64,000 nt of DNA from Malacoraja senta (lineage: Eukaryota), in contig CM075982.1 of NCBI GenBank assembly GCA_038087875.1, positions 19,902,001 to 19,966,000 on the forward strand, in the 5' to 3' direction. Positions 25,587-39,085 of the stretch are shown one piece after another. The notes below the pieces were generated by a model, which worked only from the letters and a program-made list of their open reading frames with translations, searched no databases and had not been told where the DNA came from. Made by a program: the position numbers and the translations under genes. Numbering within the stretch: position 1 is the first letter of the stretch; every line of letters starts with the position of its first letter.

Positions 25587-28434
25587 CTCTTAAAACACGT
25601 CTCCTCTCCAAAAAAACTCTCCAGCTATGAATGAACATGCCTTGGAGTGACAGAGGTGATGATCTGCTGTTTAAATTACCTTTTTTCTACTGACCTTTTT
25701 TTCACCCCAGAGCTATTACCTTCGACCACCTTCAACTACCTACGACTAGCATCACGGCCTACCTACAACCTACCTACGAGTAAAAAGTATCAATTTTTTA
25801 TCCATGGCGACCTTTTTTTACTCTAGGACATTTTTAATCAGGCTGGAAAAAACGCCGCGACTTCCTTGAGGCCATGCGTACACAGAAACCACTCGCGAGC
25901 ATGAGGAAGAGTTACGAAGACCTCCTACGACGTCGTGGCGACCATGCTGCGAGTATGAGTCAAGGGAAAACTCGGCAGAGGTCGCCAATTAGGTCGTGAA
26001 AGTGGGACAGGGGCTTGAGGTGGCATTTACCTTTCACCTTTGCTTGTGCCAGCTGACCGATGCAACTTTGCAATATTTCACACAAATGCTTCACTGCTGG
26101 GAATGGCTCTTCCTTCCCTGTTGTCCATCCCTTAAGCTGCTGGAGCATGGAATGGGAAGTTCCTTGTCTGGGCAGCGAGAGGTTGGTGTCTGGATGGGTT
26201 GTGATGACTACGTGATTTGATAGCTCACTCTGACAGCTGACACCAGTAGGCCCAGTGGAAATTGTAAGATGGACACGGGCGGATAGATAGATGAATAGCT
26301 TGGTCAAAGAGGTTTAAAGAACATTGAGGATCAGGGGAGGCAGCAGAGCCCAGGGAGAGAACTAGTGGGATTGCTTATGCAGCTGTTGGTCGACTGAAGG
26401 AAGTGAGGATACAGAGGGGGGTGGGGGGTTGCATCCCCTGTGGTCCATGTGAGGGAAAGGCAAACCCAGACAAAAAAACGTCAATGTAAGGCAAACCCAA
26501 ATTAAGCTGCCTTTGTATCTAAAAGTAAGTGGCTGAGGTTGGCGCCTCTTGCACTGTGGACACCAACCCAAAGTGCAGCAGCTGATAAGAGTGGGTGATA
26601 ATGGTGGAGTGAGTTCCTATCAGCGATTGCTGCACTTTGTGAAGATTACCCTTTGCTGCTCTCTGATCTGATCCTTGATGGGAGTGCAGAATCCTTTTCT
26701 CCAGTGCCTGGTCTTCATTTCAGCTGCTAATATTAAACCAAGTCCCATGTGGCGATTCACTCACTCCGCATGAATGTGCCTCCAGTATTGTTTTATTAAG
26801 TAGTTATACAGGCATATTATTCCATCAGTGGATGGTAGAATTACATGGAATTTACAGCATTTGAACCGGGCCATTCAGCCCAACAGTTTTCATGCTTTAC
26901 TTTAACCTTGCCCCCACAGATGAGGCCTTCTCCTGCTCTGTTCCTCCTCTTGACTACTTCTCCACTCGCTAGAGGAGACGGGTTTATTGATATCTAGTCA
27001 GTCGCAGGGTGAAGCCGCTTCCCCCACCCTGGCCCTCTGGGCTTTCTCCTCTGTGGCTCGGCTCTGCCACGTACAGGATGTTCTTCACCGGTCACGGCGC
27101 TTGTTGCTTCCTCTGCACAATGATGCAGTACTTTTGAGGAGGTTGGGTGTCAGTGCTTAGAAATTCCAGCACAGTCTGTCTATGTGTCTGTCTGTCCCAT
27201 ATTCCATCGGAGGCACAATGCCTGCAGATGCTGGAATCTGGAGTAACGACCAATCCACTGGAGGAAGTGAGCAGGTTGACCCGAGTCCTGATGCAGGGCT
27301 TGCACCTGAAACATTGACAATTCCTTCCGGTTAGGTTTTTCCAGCAGTTTGCTGTTTTGCTCCTTAATCCAACTATGGGCAGTACAGTGAGGACTGAGAA
27401 TGGGGCTGGGATGTGAGGAGCTGCAAGTAGTGTGTAACTCGTTTATTCAACCAACGGGCCACATGGTGTGTCTAGTTGTAAGTCATACCTACATCGCACC
27501 TCCACCTGGATCAGTCGGGTGGCCTGGGATGGCGATGGCACAGAGCGCCGAACCAGCCAGAATGTATTTGGGACCAAGGCTTGGGCACCAGAGACCATGC
27601 TGGCAGACGTGCGAGCTGGTGGGAGGTTGGGCATGTGGAGTGTAGGCCCACAGTCTACCCGCTTTCTGCAGGAACTCTCCTGCATGGGTGCGGGTGTTGA
27701 CCTTGGGGAAGGGCTGAATATCTTCTAAGGGAAGCCTGGTTCAGTGCAAAGGAGGGGGGTTAATATCTATGGGGAGACACTCATGGCCTGGGGGTGAGAC
27801 TGCAGGGGAGAGACAGAAAAAATCTTTGCCGGAGAATGCCTGGGATGAATATTCACAGGGAATGTCTAGAGGTGTTGAATATTTGACAAGGATGTGTGGC
27901 TGAATATTCACTAAATGGACTGCTGGGTTCGTATTCCCAAGGCTTAGGCTTTCATTCATCAGGTGTGCTGCAATTCGTGAGATAATCCACCAGGTATTAA
28001 ACAATCTTTGGGTTCTCCAGAGTAACATCCATATAAGTCTTGCTGCACCAGATCTGAGAGACGATCCCATCCCTCGTTTGGTCTAAACTTTCAAGTGTTT
28101 ATCCAATTACATTAAACAGTTTGAGGCATATTTACATTGTCGTTCAATATTTAGTGACATAGGAAGCATGGAATTGAATGAATAGTGAAAAACATTCCCA
28201 TCTTCAATGGCTGTTATTCTCATCTTGGACAGGTACCCTGATGATAAGTCTCGGGGAATCTACAGGGCAGAATGCGGCCCAGCTCTGGGCAATTTTCTTC
28301 TTTCAGTTTATGGTGCAGAGTTGGGGTGAGCAGGGAGCTGAACTGTTGGTGTAGGACTAGGCTTAGTATTTGTACATTCAGAGCTTGGCATTAGGAGGAT
28401 AAAGTCCACCTTCGCTTGGCGCAGATGCCCAACA

Positions 28435-28725
28435 GGGTGACAGTGGTGCAACGGTAGAGTTGCTATCTTACAGCGCTGGAGACCCAGATTTGACCCGGAC
28501 TACGGGTGCTGTCTATGCAGAGTTTGTACTTTCTCCCTGTGACTGCGTGGGTTTTCTCTGGGTGCTCTTGTTTCCTCCCACACTCCAAAGATGTGCAGGT
28601 TTGTAGGTTAATCGGATTCTGTAAATTGACTTTAGAGTGAAGGATAGAAGTAGTGCACTGATTGTTGGTCAGTGTGGACTCGGTGGGCTGAAGGGGCTAT
28701 TGCCACGCTGTATCTGCAAACTAAG
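28435..28725 (+). mobile_element. HE1/V-SINE
   Basis: tRNA-like head, V-domain and tail. Confidence 0.85.
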
Positions 28726-29930
28726 ATGCCCCTCCCGACTAGCTGGCAAGTAGCCACCTCACCCACTGCGAGGTGGCCCAAACTGAAAACTCCTGGACAA
28801 CCAGACTGAAATCAGTCGAGTCAGTTTCTCAGGATGGGTGTAGAAGATGGAAGCCAGTCCCGGGAATCTGTATTGTTGTGGTTTGTTGTGGAAGTTACAA
28901 ACTCTGTACATTCAGCACTCGGGTCTCTGGCAATGTAAACTGCAACTCTAACGCTGTGCCACTGTGCTACACCGACCTTGTTACATTGATGGCTGTCAGA
29001 TTTACCTGGATTTGACTCGACTGGTGGATCTGATTGCCCAGCGGGGGAGTCAAGAATCTATGCCTCTCATAACTTATTTTCTCTCTCTCTCCCTCTCTCT
29101 CACACACACATACTCCCTCTCTTTCTCTCACAGACAGCCCTAATTCCCCATTTACTGGTACCCTCCTGTATTGTTCTCCATTTTTAATGTAAAATTAGGC
29201 TTCCCATTCACAGGTTTAAAACGGCTGTGATATTAAAGTTCACACAGTGGGAATTTTGGAAGGTCACTGTGGCATAACAGTAGAGTTGTCGCCCAACAGC
29301 GCCAGCGATTAGTGCGGGTGTCACAGGTTGTGGGTGAAGGCAGGAGAATGGGGTTATGAGGGAGAGATAGATCAGCCATGATTGAATGGCGTAGATATGT
29401 TAGGCCGAATGGCCTCATTCTACCCCTATCAGAGAGAGTTAGATTTAGCTCAGGGTTAACGGAATCAATGGGGCGGAAGCAAGAACGGGGTACTAATTTT
29501 TGATGATGAGCCATGATCATATTGAATGGCCGTGCTGGCTCGAAGGGCCGAATGGCCTACTCCACCTATTTTCTATGTGTCTATATCTCTCAAGGGCCAG
29601 CAGCGTTGCTCCCAGCAGTACGTCGCACTGCTTGGAGTGCCGTGGGATGCCAGAGGCAGCAGAAAGTTTGCTGGACCTTTAATCCAACTCTTGCTCGGAG
29701 ATGCCTGGTTGTGGCTGCAGAAAACTAGCAAAAACGAGAGAACCTGATTTAGATTCTTCATAAAGCTTTAGTGGGCTTTGGTGCATGGATGGGTAAACGC
29801 TCACTCGATTTGATACAAATTTAGAATGATTTTGATAAGGGCAGTGTGAAGCTAAGGGCGTTTCTTGAATTTAGACTTTGTAAACTGTTTGAACTATTTC
29901 CTTAAATTTATAGAAATTTTTAAAAAGGAA

Positions 29931-30247
29931 TGGGTGGCACACTAGTGCAGCTGGTAGAGCTGCTGCCTCACATCGTCAGAGACTCAGGTTTGATCCTGAT
30001 CGCGTGTGTTGTCTGTGCAGAGTTTACACGTTTTTCCTGTGGCCACGTGGGTTTTCATCGGGTGCTCCGGTTTCCTCCCACATCCTAAAGACGTGTGAGT
30101 TCGTAGCTTAATTGATCTCTCTAAATTACTGCTAGTGTGTAGGAAATGGATGCAAATGTGGGATTACGTAGAACTAGCGTGAAGAGGTGATCGATGGTCA
30201 GCAAGGACTTTGAGGAGTGGGCGGTGCTATATCTTCAAAATAAACTA
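29931..30247 (+). mobile_element. HE1/V-SINE, ~185 nt upstream of microexon 2
   Basis: tRNA-like head and V-domain GGGTGCTCCGGTTTCCTCCCACATCC. Confidence 0.85.
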
Positions 30248-30431
30248 AGCTTGTATAAAACATGTACGTTGCTTGCCTATTAATAGTTGGCTCTTGAGAA
30301 CGAATGTTGGATGAATGGTGTGAATGACCCTGAGGCTGAGAATCTTCCCAATTATAAAGTGTTCAGGCATAGTTGCTGAATGATTCACTAATTTATTTAT
30401 TTTTCTCTTTTCCATGGTCATCCTGAAACAG

Positions 30432-30449
30432 AACTTCCTGCAGAAGAAG
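30432..30449 (+). CDS. ATP2A3: SERCA exon 2, 18-nt microexon, (E)LPAEE(G)
   Basis: Pyrimidine tract ...gaaacAG|AACTTCCTGCAGAAGAAG|GTAAAT. Size (18 nt), phase 1-1 and peptide match vertebrate ATP2A exon 2. Confidence 0.93.
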
Positions 30450-31444
30450 GTAAATATTGACTTTTCCATTTATACTTTAAATTACTCGCGTTCAATTGTT
30501 TGTGAAGCCTGTGGGTTTGCGTTTAACATTTAATCTGGTTTGTGATTGCTCTATAATGAAGAGGTGGACATTTAAGTAATGGTATGTGGGGGTGTGGGGG
30601 TGTGGGAAGTGTTGCTAACATCAGAGAGCGCGTACCACAAAGGTCTCAACGGGCACTGTGAATGAATAGTCCCTTTTGGCAGAGTCCTTCATTTTTTATG
30701 GCCCACATGTTGAGAATATTATCTGAGCCAAATGATTTGTGTACAATAAAAAAATGACAACCTGGAAATAAAACCTGTGTTTGATGGAGAGAGAGTTGAG
30801 GGATACAATCTCAGGACACAGAGACAATCTTTGATTGGGAATGCAGTGGTACAGAATCCATGCTTAGCTGCTTTTTCCAAACCATCCTATCTTAAAACCC
30901 TCTGGTACATCACCCATCACTCAAACCCAAATGGTATCTCCATCACTGAACTTCTTGCCCCTTCAACACCATCAACATAGGGAGGGACCAAAAGCTGAAT
31001 TGAACCAACTGCATCAATACTGAGGCTACTATGGAGGTCAAAGGGTGGGTATCCTATGTCAAGTGACTCGCCTCCTGACCCTCTAAGGCCTCTCTACCAA
31101 ATTAGATGTGCGATGGAGTATTCTTCATCTGCCAGGAGGACTGGAGCTCAGTTGAGACTTAGACATCCTGATACCATCCACTAAAAAGGAGCTCATTAGG
31201 CTGCCATCTTATAAATTATCCTGAGTAGTTACTCTCCCTGCCACCAGGTGCTCTGTGGCTGCATTATGTATCAGCTACAAAATGGAACAGATACTTGCCA
31301 AGGTTACTTAGATGGCACCTTCCAAACTCTCATGCTCTGTCATCGAGGGCATGTGGCACATGGAAGGATCACTAGAGGGTTGATTGTGGGTGGAAATTAA
31401 ATATTGCTAATGTACTTGCCTTCACCACCAGCTGACAGCTTGAT

Positions 31445-31750
31445 CAATGTACCCACCACCCTCTGTGTTGGAAAAAGATACCCCTTGGGTTCCTATTAAA
31501 TCTTTCCACTCTTACCTGAAAACCTTTGTCCTCTGATTCCCCTTCTCTTGGGACAAGACTCTGTGCATTCACCCTAAGTATGCCCCTCATGATTTTATAC
31601 AACTCTATAAGATTTCCCCTCCATCTCCTATACTTCAAGGAATAAAATTCCAGCCTGCACAACCCCTTGCTATAACCAAGTTCCTCGAGTTCTGGCAACA
31701 TCTTTGTAACTCTTTCCAGATTTATGGTATCTTTCCGATAGCTGGGTGCT
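31445..31750 (-). mobile_element. CR1 LINE fragment
   Basis: Minus ORF reads MLPELEELGY...YSLKYRRWRGNLIELYKIMRG. Confidence 0.75.
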
Positions 31751-33811
31751 CAGCCAGCTGAGCCCTAAGAGAATGTTAAGTTTCAATGATGTCACCATTC
31801 ATTCTTCTAAACACTAGAGAATGTGTTTCAGATCTGTACTCACTGTTAGGACATACTGCTATTCCTGGAACCAGACTGAATCTTTATCGGGAACCACATC
31901 CCTTTTGGATAAGCAGACCAGGGCCTTACTGTTGACCAAGGTCCTACGCAATTAATGGCGTCAATTGTCTTCCCTGTGGTGGAAAGAATTGAAACAAGAA
32001 CCAAACCACGAGAGGAACTCCAACCAGCATCTGGGGGTGGGGAGCGCGGAGGAGGGGGAAGGGAGGAGGAAGGAATAGTTGGTGTTTGAAATCAAGAGCC
32101 TGCATCAGGACAGAGTGGAGAGGGAAAAATAGCCCACTGTAAAAAGCAGAGCAGGAGGGCTGAGACATGGGGGGGAACAGTAGGTGATTGGTGGACCAAG
32201 GATAGATCCAATGGGGAGGGGGGGGGGAGAAAGGAAAGGGGTGGAGTTGGGAATCGGGCAGGTGGGTGATAGATGGATACAGACGAAGGAAAAAGGCAAA
32301 TTGGAACCAGATGAGGGGAAGAGCAGATGAAGGTGGAGAAAAGCTGGAGGGTGATAAGTGGGGACACAAAGGTTCTCTGTGCTGGAATCTAAGTAAAGGT
32401 GGTGATGATAAATACTCAAGATGGGATCACATTAGGGAGGGGATCCAGTGGGTGGTAGGTGGATGGAAAGGCTGGATTTCTTTGTTAGGATGACGCACAA
32501 TTACTGCACGGGGTGTGATTAGGGCAGGCATGCTGTCATAAGGCCAGCGTGGTCTAGGGAAATAACACATCTGAGCATGCCACATATAGCACAGAGCCAA
32601 GAAGATCATCTTCAGCCATGCTTTAGTGAGCTGGGCTTCTGCTAGTACATGGAGGATGAGGCTACGTCCTGACATGTTCCTGCAAACTCTTTGAGTCTGC
32701 TTGCACTGAGATCTAATCAGCAGAAGCAGAAACACAAACCCACGTTCTGTTTTGTTCTAGGGGCGGGTGTGCTACTGGGAAGGCTGATATTTCTTGCCTT
32801 TCCTTTGCTGCCTGAGTGGGTGGTGCTGGATTGCAGCACTGTATATGGTGGCACATTTCCAATTGGGAATTCCAAGAATTTGGAAAGAAGTGACTGAACT
32901 CCTCACTCCCTGTCAGAGCTGCCTTTTGGATGGATGCCACTGTGAACAAACTCTGTTTCCAGTCCCTGCCCCTGGTTTCCATGACAACGCTGGTTAGGAT
33001 AAGAGATGTTGCTGGCCCATGGGGTTTCTGACATTAGGTGACTGCCACGCTCCTTGGACTGCCAACCTGGGGTTAGTTGGGGGGAAGGAGAGGGTTATGG
33101 ACAGTCATGGGAGACTTGAATGAGCAAACGGATTGATCGATGAGGAAAGACCTTGCCATGGGTGAGATAAAGGCAGCTTGTGTCAAATGCATCAGGACTG
33201 AATAGTTTAAATTTTAAAAGGGAGGATGTTTCAGCTGTGCTTTGCACCCTCTGCCAGGTTTGGTTACTAATGTAAGTGGCAGGCAAGATGAACATGGAAC
33301 ATCACGGTGAGTGCATTCGAAATGAGCTGGCGACGTTGTGGAAGTGAGAAAGCCTTCAGACTGAGGACACTAAACGAGTCTTGCAATCATGAATCATTCA
33401 CTCAGTCCCTCCAAACAGACTTTGCTGCCATAGAGAGGAGAGGGGAGGGAGAGGGGGAGGGAGAAGGAGAGAACTGAGTCATGTTAACACTACAACATGC
33501 AGGGTTTCTGCTGGAATGAGAGCTGCAGTAACAACTCTGCTAAAGAGTTAATAAGCGAGGATCACTATCTCTAAACTAAACAAAAGGAGTATGAGATTAC
33601 TCACCTGGTGAGCCTGATACTGAACCTTAAGGATTAACTCACTCACCGAGCTATGCATCACCACAAACATGCCCTTCGGCCTACCTTGTCCATGCTGACC
33701 AAGTTGGCATTCAGGGCTGGTCCCATTTGCCTGCAATATGGCCCATAGCCCTCTAAACCTTTCCTATGCATATGTGTCCACATATCTTTTGAAAGACATC
33801 CTTGTACCAAG

Positions 33812-33926
33812 CCTCTGGCAGCAACATGGCTTCCTCTGGCAGCAACATGGCTTCCTCTGGCAGCAACGTGGCTTCCTCTGGCAGCAACGTGGCTTCCTCT
33901 GGCAGCAACATGGCTTCCTCTGGCAG
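33812..33926. repeat. Minisatellite, 21-bp unit CCTCTGGCAGCAAC(A/G)TGGCTT, ~5.5 copies
   Basis: Read directly from the sequence. Confidence 0.95.
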
Positions 33927-35552
33927 TGATCAGTGGTCGCCAATGATCAGAGTTTACTGTATATTGTCCAAAGCACTCTTAAGTTGGATAAATATATTTT
34001 TTAATGCCTACTCCTCCCAATGACAGACTAATTTCTACAACCACTGGCCTCCCTCAATGACACTTCTGGTGTGAACTGTGATCAAACCGGCTGCAAGCTC
34101 TGCTGCTGAGCTTGTTCCCACTACGACTTGAAGGGCCATTGCATGATCTTCTAGCATGTCTTGCCGGATCACAATTAAGAGTGAGCACTCGATAGATCTC
34201 TGATGGTTAACAAACCCGCTGACGTGTGGGGGATGTGGAGAGAACAAGGTGGGAATTGCAGCAGCCAGAGTCATTATCTTCTAAGCATATGTCAGCGTGG
34301 GAATGCTTTGAGCACTGGATAGGTGTGGGTTGATTAAGGAAAGTCGACATGAATTTGTTGAAGACGAATCCTGTTTAACTAGCGTTACTTTTAAAATAAG
34401 AGGGCTAATGAACAAGATGGGTGGTAATTTGAGTTGAAGCAAGCGCTTGGGAAAAGTACCATAAAGCTTGTGATCAAGATTAATACCCATGGGATAAAAA
34501 GGGTTGATTAATTGAAAGATACAGCATGGAAACGGGCCCTTCGGCCAGCCGTCAACCACCCGTTCACATTGTTTTTGTTTTTGCCTTCACTCCCTCCACA
34601 CACTGGGGACAATTTTCAGAGGCAAATTAACCTACAAACCAGCACATCTTTTGATGTGGGAGGAAAAGAGGTGGGGGTGGTCAAAGCCTGGCAAGTGATA
34701 GCTGGATAAAGGTTAGGTGGAGCTCTCGGGCAGATGGCAGATGTGTGAAGATAGTAAGAGGCTAGTTGAAAAGGAGACGCAATGGTGTCAAATAAGGAAA
34801 GAAGAGGAGTGAAGGTATGTGGGTGACAGGGGAAAGAGGTGGGATGCAAGGGAAATGGGGGGACATGTAGATGGATGTGGTGGGAGTATAAGGAGAAGGA
34901 TCCTCTGCTGTACAAACGCAGCCATAGAGTGCAGAATTATGTGCACACCAGGAAAGGCATAAAGCTGTTTGAGAAGGTACAGGTTAGATTTAAAGTGATT
35001 CAAGGGGGACTGGAGTTGTGTGGAAAGACTGGAGCAGTTGGGGTTGTTCTTTTTGCAACAGAGAAGGTCTACGGTGATCTGATCAAGGGTTTTACAACCA
35101 CGAGTATAGAAACAGCAAATGGAGAGAGACACACTTTCTATTAATGGTGGGGTGAAGAGCCAGTGGACGTGGAATGAAAGTGATTGGAGAATAAATGAAC
35201 GAGTTTAGCATTTGAGTGCACTGAGGGAATAATGGAGGTCGATGCAAGTACACAATTCAGGGGAACTGGATAAGGACCCGTGCATGAGAGTGGAACCGGC
35301 TGAGCCACCCTTACACTCAGTGAGATTCCTGACTCCAACAGCCTCCATCCATTCTTTAGCTTTCCTGTGGCTTTTGTGATGAGATCTATGAGACTGTTCA
35401 GACCTGCACCCTTGCCGATGACCTCGTTCTCTCCCTAGTTATTGCACTTGTCACCCACTGGATTCTAGGCCCATTTTGAGTGTTATCGTTCTCAGTGTAT
35501 TTGTATGAAAGATTCCAACAGTGAGTCAGTTTACTTGCCTCTGCCAGACTGA

Positions 35553-35702
<150 letters not shown>

Positions 35703-36204
35703 TGACCCTACTGTAGTTGGTCTTCCTGCCTTCCTCTTTCTATTTTTAAAGGGCTCCCCATGTGGGCTTAAGAAAGCTCATCCCACAGCTCATCCATCCC
35801 CCTTTTGATTGGCATCTGACTATATATTTTGTGCTGAAGCTGTATGTGAAAGGGTTAACAGCAGCAAAACTCTAAACTAAAACAAAATGCATGAAGGGAT
35901 CCTGGGGTTATGGGAATTTTTGTCCGAGGTTCATGAGAAAGAAGAAACTCTTGTCTGACGCACGGAGCTGAACATGAGCTCCATTGCCCGGGCTTTTGTT
36001 CTTGCTTTATCCTCTTTCATCTTGCTTTGTGATTTAAAGGACGTGACTGAAGTCAGAAGCTGCGTTTGTGACTGCATGTTTATTAGCCTGGGAAGAGCAG
36101 CCGGCGAACTTCGCAGTTCCAACTTTTGAGAAATCAGAATAGTTCAGCTAAACTAACTCGGGGAATGTGCGTGTCATGCAGATGGTTCCATCTTATTCTT
36201 GTGA

Positions 36205-36395
36205 ACGAAGGTAGACACAAAAAGCTGGAGTAACTCAGCGGGTCAGGCAGCATCACTGGTGTAAGTCTGAAGAAGGGTCCCAACACGAAATGTCGCCTAT
36301 TCCTTTGCTCCAGGGATGCTGCCTGACCTGCTGGGTTACTCCAGCTTTTTGTGCCTACCTTTGGTTTAAACCAGCATCTGCAGTTTCTTCCTACA
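36205..36395. mobile_element. Penelope-like element: short inverted 5' arm plus forward pLTR end
   Basis: Degenerate hammerhead-like core GTCTGAAGAAGGGTCCCAACACGAAATGTC; ends CCAGCATCTGCAGTTTCTTCCTACA. Confidence 0.65.
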
Positions 36396-37114
36396 TTATT
36401 TTTGTGAGCCTTGGATCTGCTTCTCTGTGGAGTTTTCCTTAAGTCCATACGTTCTCTTCTAATGGAGGGCATGACCGAAGCACACCAATCTCAGCTGTTC
36501 AACTGGAGCTGCAACAGTAAGGCCGATTTGCTGAGCATACACCTGAAAGCTTCAATACAGTTCAATTTAAATATGAGGGCCTGAGGAGCTTGCCTGGTGA
36601 GGTGGACCACAAATAGAACCTGTTTAAACTCTCCTTCCCAAAGTCCAGAATGCTTGCTTCTGTTCCCACAGCTCTGCATTGCAACCAATCCATTCAGGAT
36701 CAGACCATCAGCCCCGGGATCTGTTTAATAACTAACATTGGTACTCCAGCTTTTTGTGTCTACCTTCGGTTTAAACCAGCATCTGTTCCTTCCTACACAT
36801 TGGATGACACTGATTTGTATCCCAATTCTACATACCTGCCTTGATTCTGTAATCCATGATACCCTGGGTAACAATCTAACAATTTAATTTGGTTGCTCAG
36901 TCGGATCGTCTTTGATAAAGCTCTTGTGAAGTGGCCTAGTTTTTCTAATGTTAAGGGTAATATATAAATGTACATTGTGATTTGATGGGAAAATGGAGAA
37001 TTCAGGAGCTTGCTCTAATTTATTGGGAGCCATGTACCGCATCACTGCAAATGCACCATCTCAGCTACACTGCACTTCTATTTGCTTGTGTGTATTGAAA
37101 TGTTTGTTTGCACT

Positions 37115-37540
37115 ATAACCATAGAAACATAGAAAATAGGTGCAGGAGGAGGCCATTCAGCCCTTCGAGCCAGCACCACCATTCATTGTGATCATGGCTG
37201 ATCATCCACAATCAGCAACCCGTGCCTGCCTTCTCCCCATGCCCCTTGATTCCGCGAGCCCCAAGAGCTCTATCTAACTTTTAAAATTCAGTGAATTGGC
37301 CTCCACTGCCTTCTATGGCGGAGAATTCCACAAATTCACAACTCTCTGGGGGAAAACTTTTTCTCATCTCAGTTTTAAATGGCCTCCCCTTTATTCTTAG
37401 ACTGTGCAGCTGATTCTGGACTCCCCCAACATTGCGAATATTTTTCCTGCTTCTAGCTTGTCCAGTCGTTTTTATAATTTTATATGTTTCTATAAGTCTC
37501 CCCCCCCCCCCCCCCCCCCATCCTTCTAAAGTCCAGTGAA
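37115..37540 (-). mobile_element. CR1 LINE 3' fragment, same subfamily as 881-1324
   Basis: CATAGAAACATAGAAAATAGGTGCAGGAG tail; minus ORF LIETYKII...SLRIKGRPFKTEMRK. Confidence 0.85.
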
Positions 37541-38325
37541 TCTTGGCCTCAAGGTTGTCCCCTGGAAGTTCTGGTGAGCTGCTCAACATGGTGGTGCTCT
37601 GTGGATCGACCAATGCTCTGGTGTGCCTCGGTGTTGCCGACTGTGGCCCGGAGTGAATGACTGCTGAGATATAGTTGGTACCTCTTCATATTAACCAAGC
37701 AATGGAATGGGTCAGTGAGACATCTGTGTGGATGGAACTGGTGGGGTAGAGGTAATGACTTCCTTTCCTGAAATGAATGTTATCAATTATCCAGTCAGGT
37801 ACTGTCAAAATATTTAAGAAAGATAGGTTTAGAGGGATATAGGCCAAACACGGGCAGATGGGACTGGTGTAGATGGGGCATGTTGATCGGCGTGGGCAAG
37901 TTGGGCTGAAGGGCCTGTTTCCATGCTGTGTGACTATAATTCTAAGACTTTATGACTGTCATTTGCTTTTTCTTGTTCCTGCTTGCGAATGACAAGACTT
38001 GGTGAAATCAGCTTTGGAATCTGTGCGTGAATCTGAAGCGACCATCTCTGCATTGTTAGCATAAGTGCCGTAGCAGAACCCTCTGAACCCCACCAGCTGA
38101 CACCAGGTCTCCATGCAGGATGGAGATGTGTCCAGTCCTCAGTCACAGGGCTGTGGTGGGGGTTGTCTTATGATATGTCTTTGAAGGACATTGGTGATGA
38201 ATTAACATTGCCTGGAATGGAAGGACCAACCTTGGTCCCTTTGAAAGATTCATTGAGGGACAATGTTTCTCTGTTCTCCTGTCCAACCACAGTTTGAACA
38301 TGGCATGTACTGGTAATTATTTAAT

Positions 38326-39085
38326 TAGGTAATTATTATCACATGTACCTTTGTACGGTGAAAAGCTTTGTTTTGCCTGCTATCAGAACAGATATACCAT
38401 TCATAGACACAATCAGTAGTACAATAGACCAAAGGGGAAGATAGAGTGCAGAATATAGTTTTCAACATTGTCGCCCGACAGTTCCTTAGACAGAGTCCAA
38501 TGTTTTCAATGGGGTAGAGGTGAATCAAACAGTACCCTAGCTTATGGTAAGACCATTCAGAAACCTGACAAGAGGTTGTTGTCCTGACATCATGTCACTA
38601 AGTTCTCTATCTCCTTCCTCTACTCCATCTCATCATTGTTTGAGATTCGATCCACCACAGTGATGATATCTGCACTTGCAGATGGAATTAGAGCTGAATT
38701 TGGCTGTATGGTGGTGAGTGTGAAGTGGGGGCTGAGAATGCATCCTTGCAGGGCGCCGGTGTTGAGAGTTATTGTGGAGGAAGTGTTGTCTCCTATCCTC
38801 ATTGAGGTCTGTGAAAGTCAAGGATCCAGTAGCAGAGGGGGGAGCTGAGAATTAGTTTGCAGAGTTTGGAGATGAGTTTGGGTGGTATAGAAGGAGAGCT
38901 ATAGTCAATAAATAGGAATCTAACATTGGAGTCCTCGTTGCCTACATGTTCCAGAGATGAGTTTAGGTTCAGGGAGATGGTGTTTGCTGTGGACCACTTG
39001 TGACAGGAAGCAAAGTCTGGCTGGAAGGCTGGAGTTAATGTCGCTCTCACCAGTCTCTCAAAGCAGTTCATGGTGACGGCCATGA
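38326..39085 (-). mobile_element. Rex1/Babar LINE RT fragment with 3' tail
   Basis: Minus ORFs MNCFERLV...VRFLFIDYSS...LCYWILDF and RIGDNTSSTITLNTGALQGCILSP. Confidence 0.85.

Larger units (their letters stand above)
24659..26015. mobile_element. Internally deleted PIF/Harbinger DNA transposon
   Basis: Imperfect ~44-bp TIRs (AGGGCCTGTCCCACTT... and ...AAGTGGGACAGGGGCT), subterminal CGACCT/CGACTA repeats, transposase remnant on + and MADF/Myb remnant on -. No matching 3-bp TSD is visible. Confidence 0.85.

Noticed and set aside
26940-27730. Possible degraded Tx1/L1-like LINE on the minus strand
   Set aside because: Resemblance is too weak to support without a search.
37500-37519. Long C/G homopolymers (also ~22662, 24224, 39543, 48563)
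   Set aside because: Simple slippage tracts, several inside repeats; their lengths may be sequencing artefacts.
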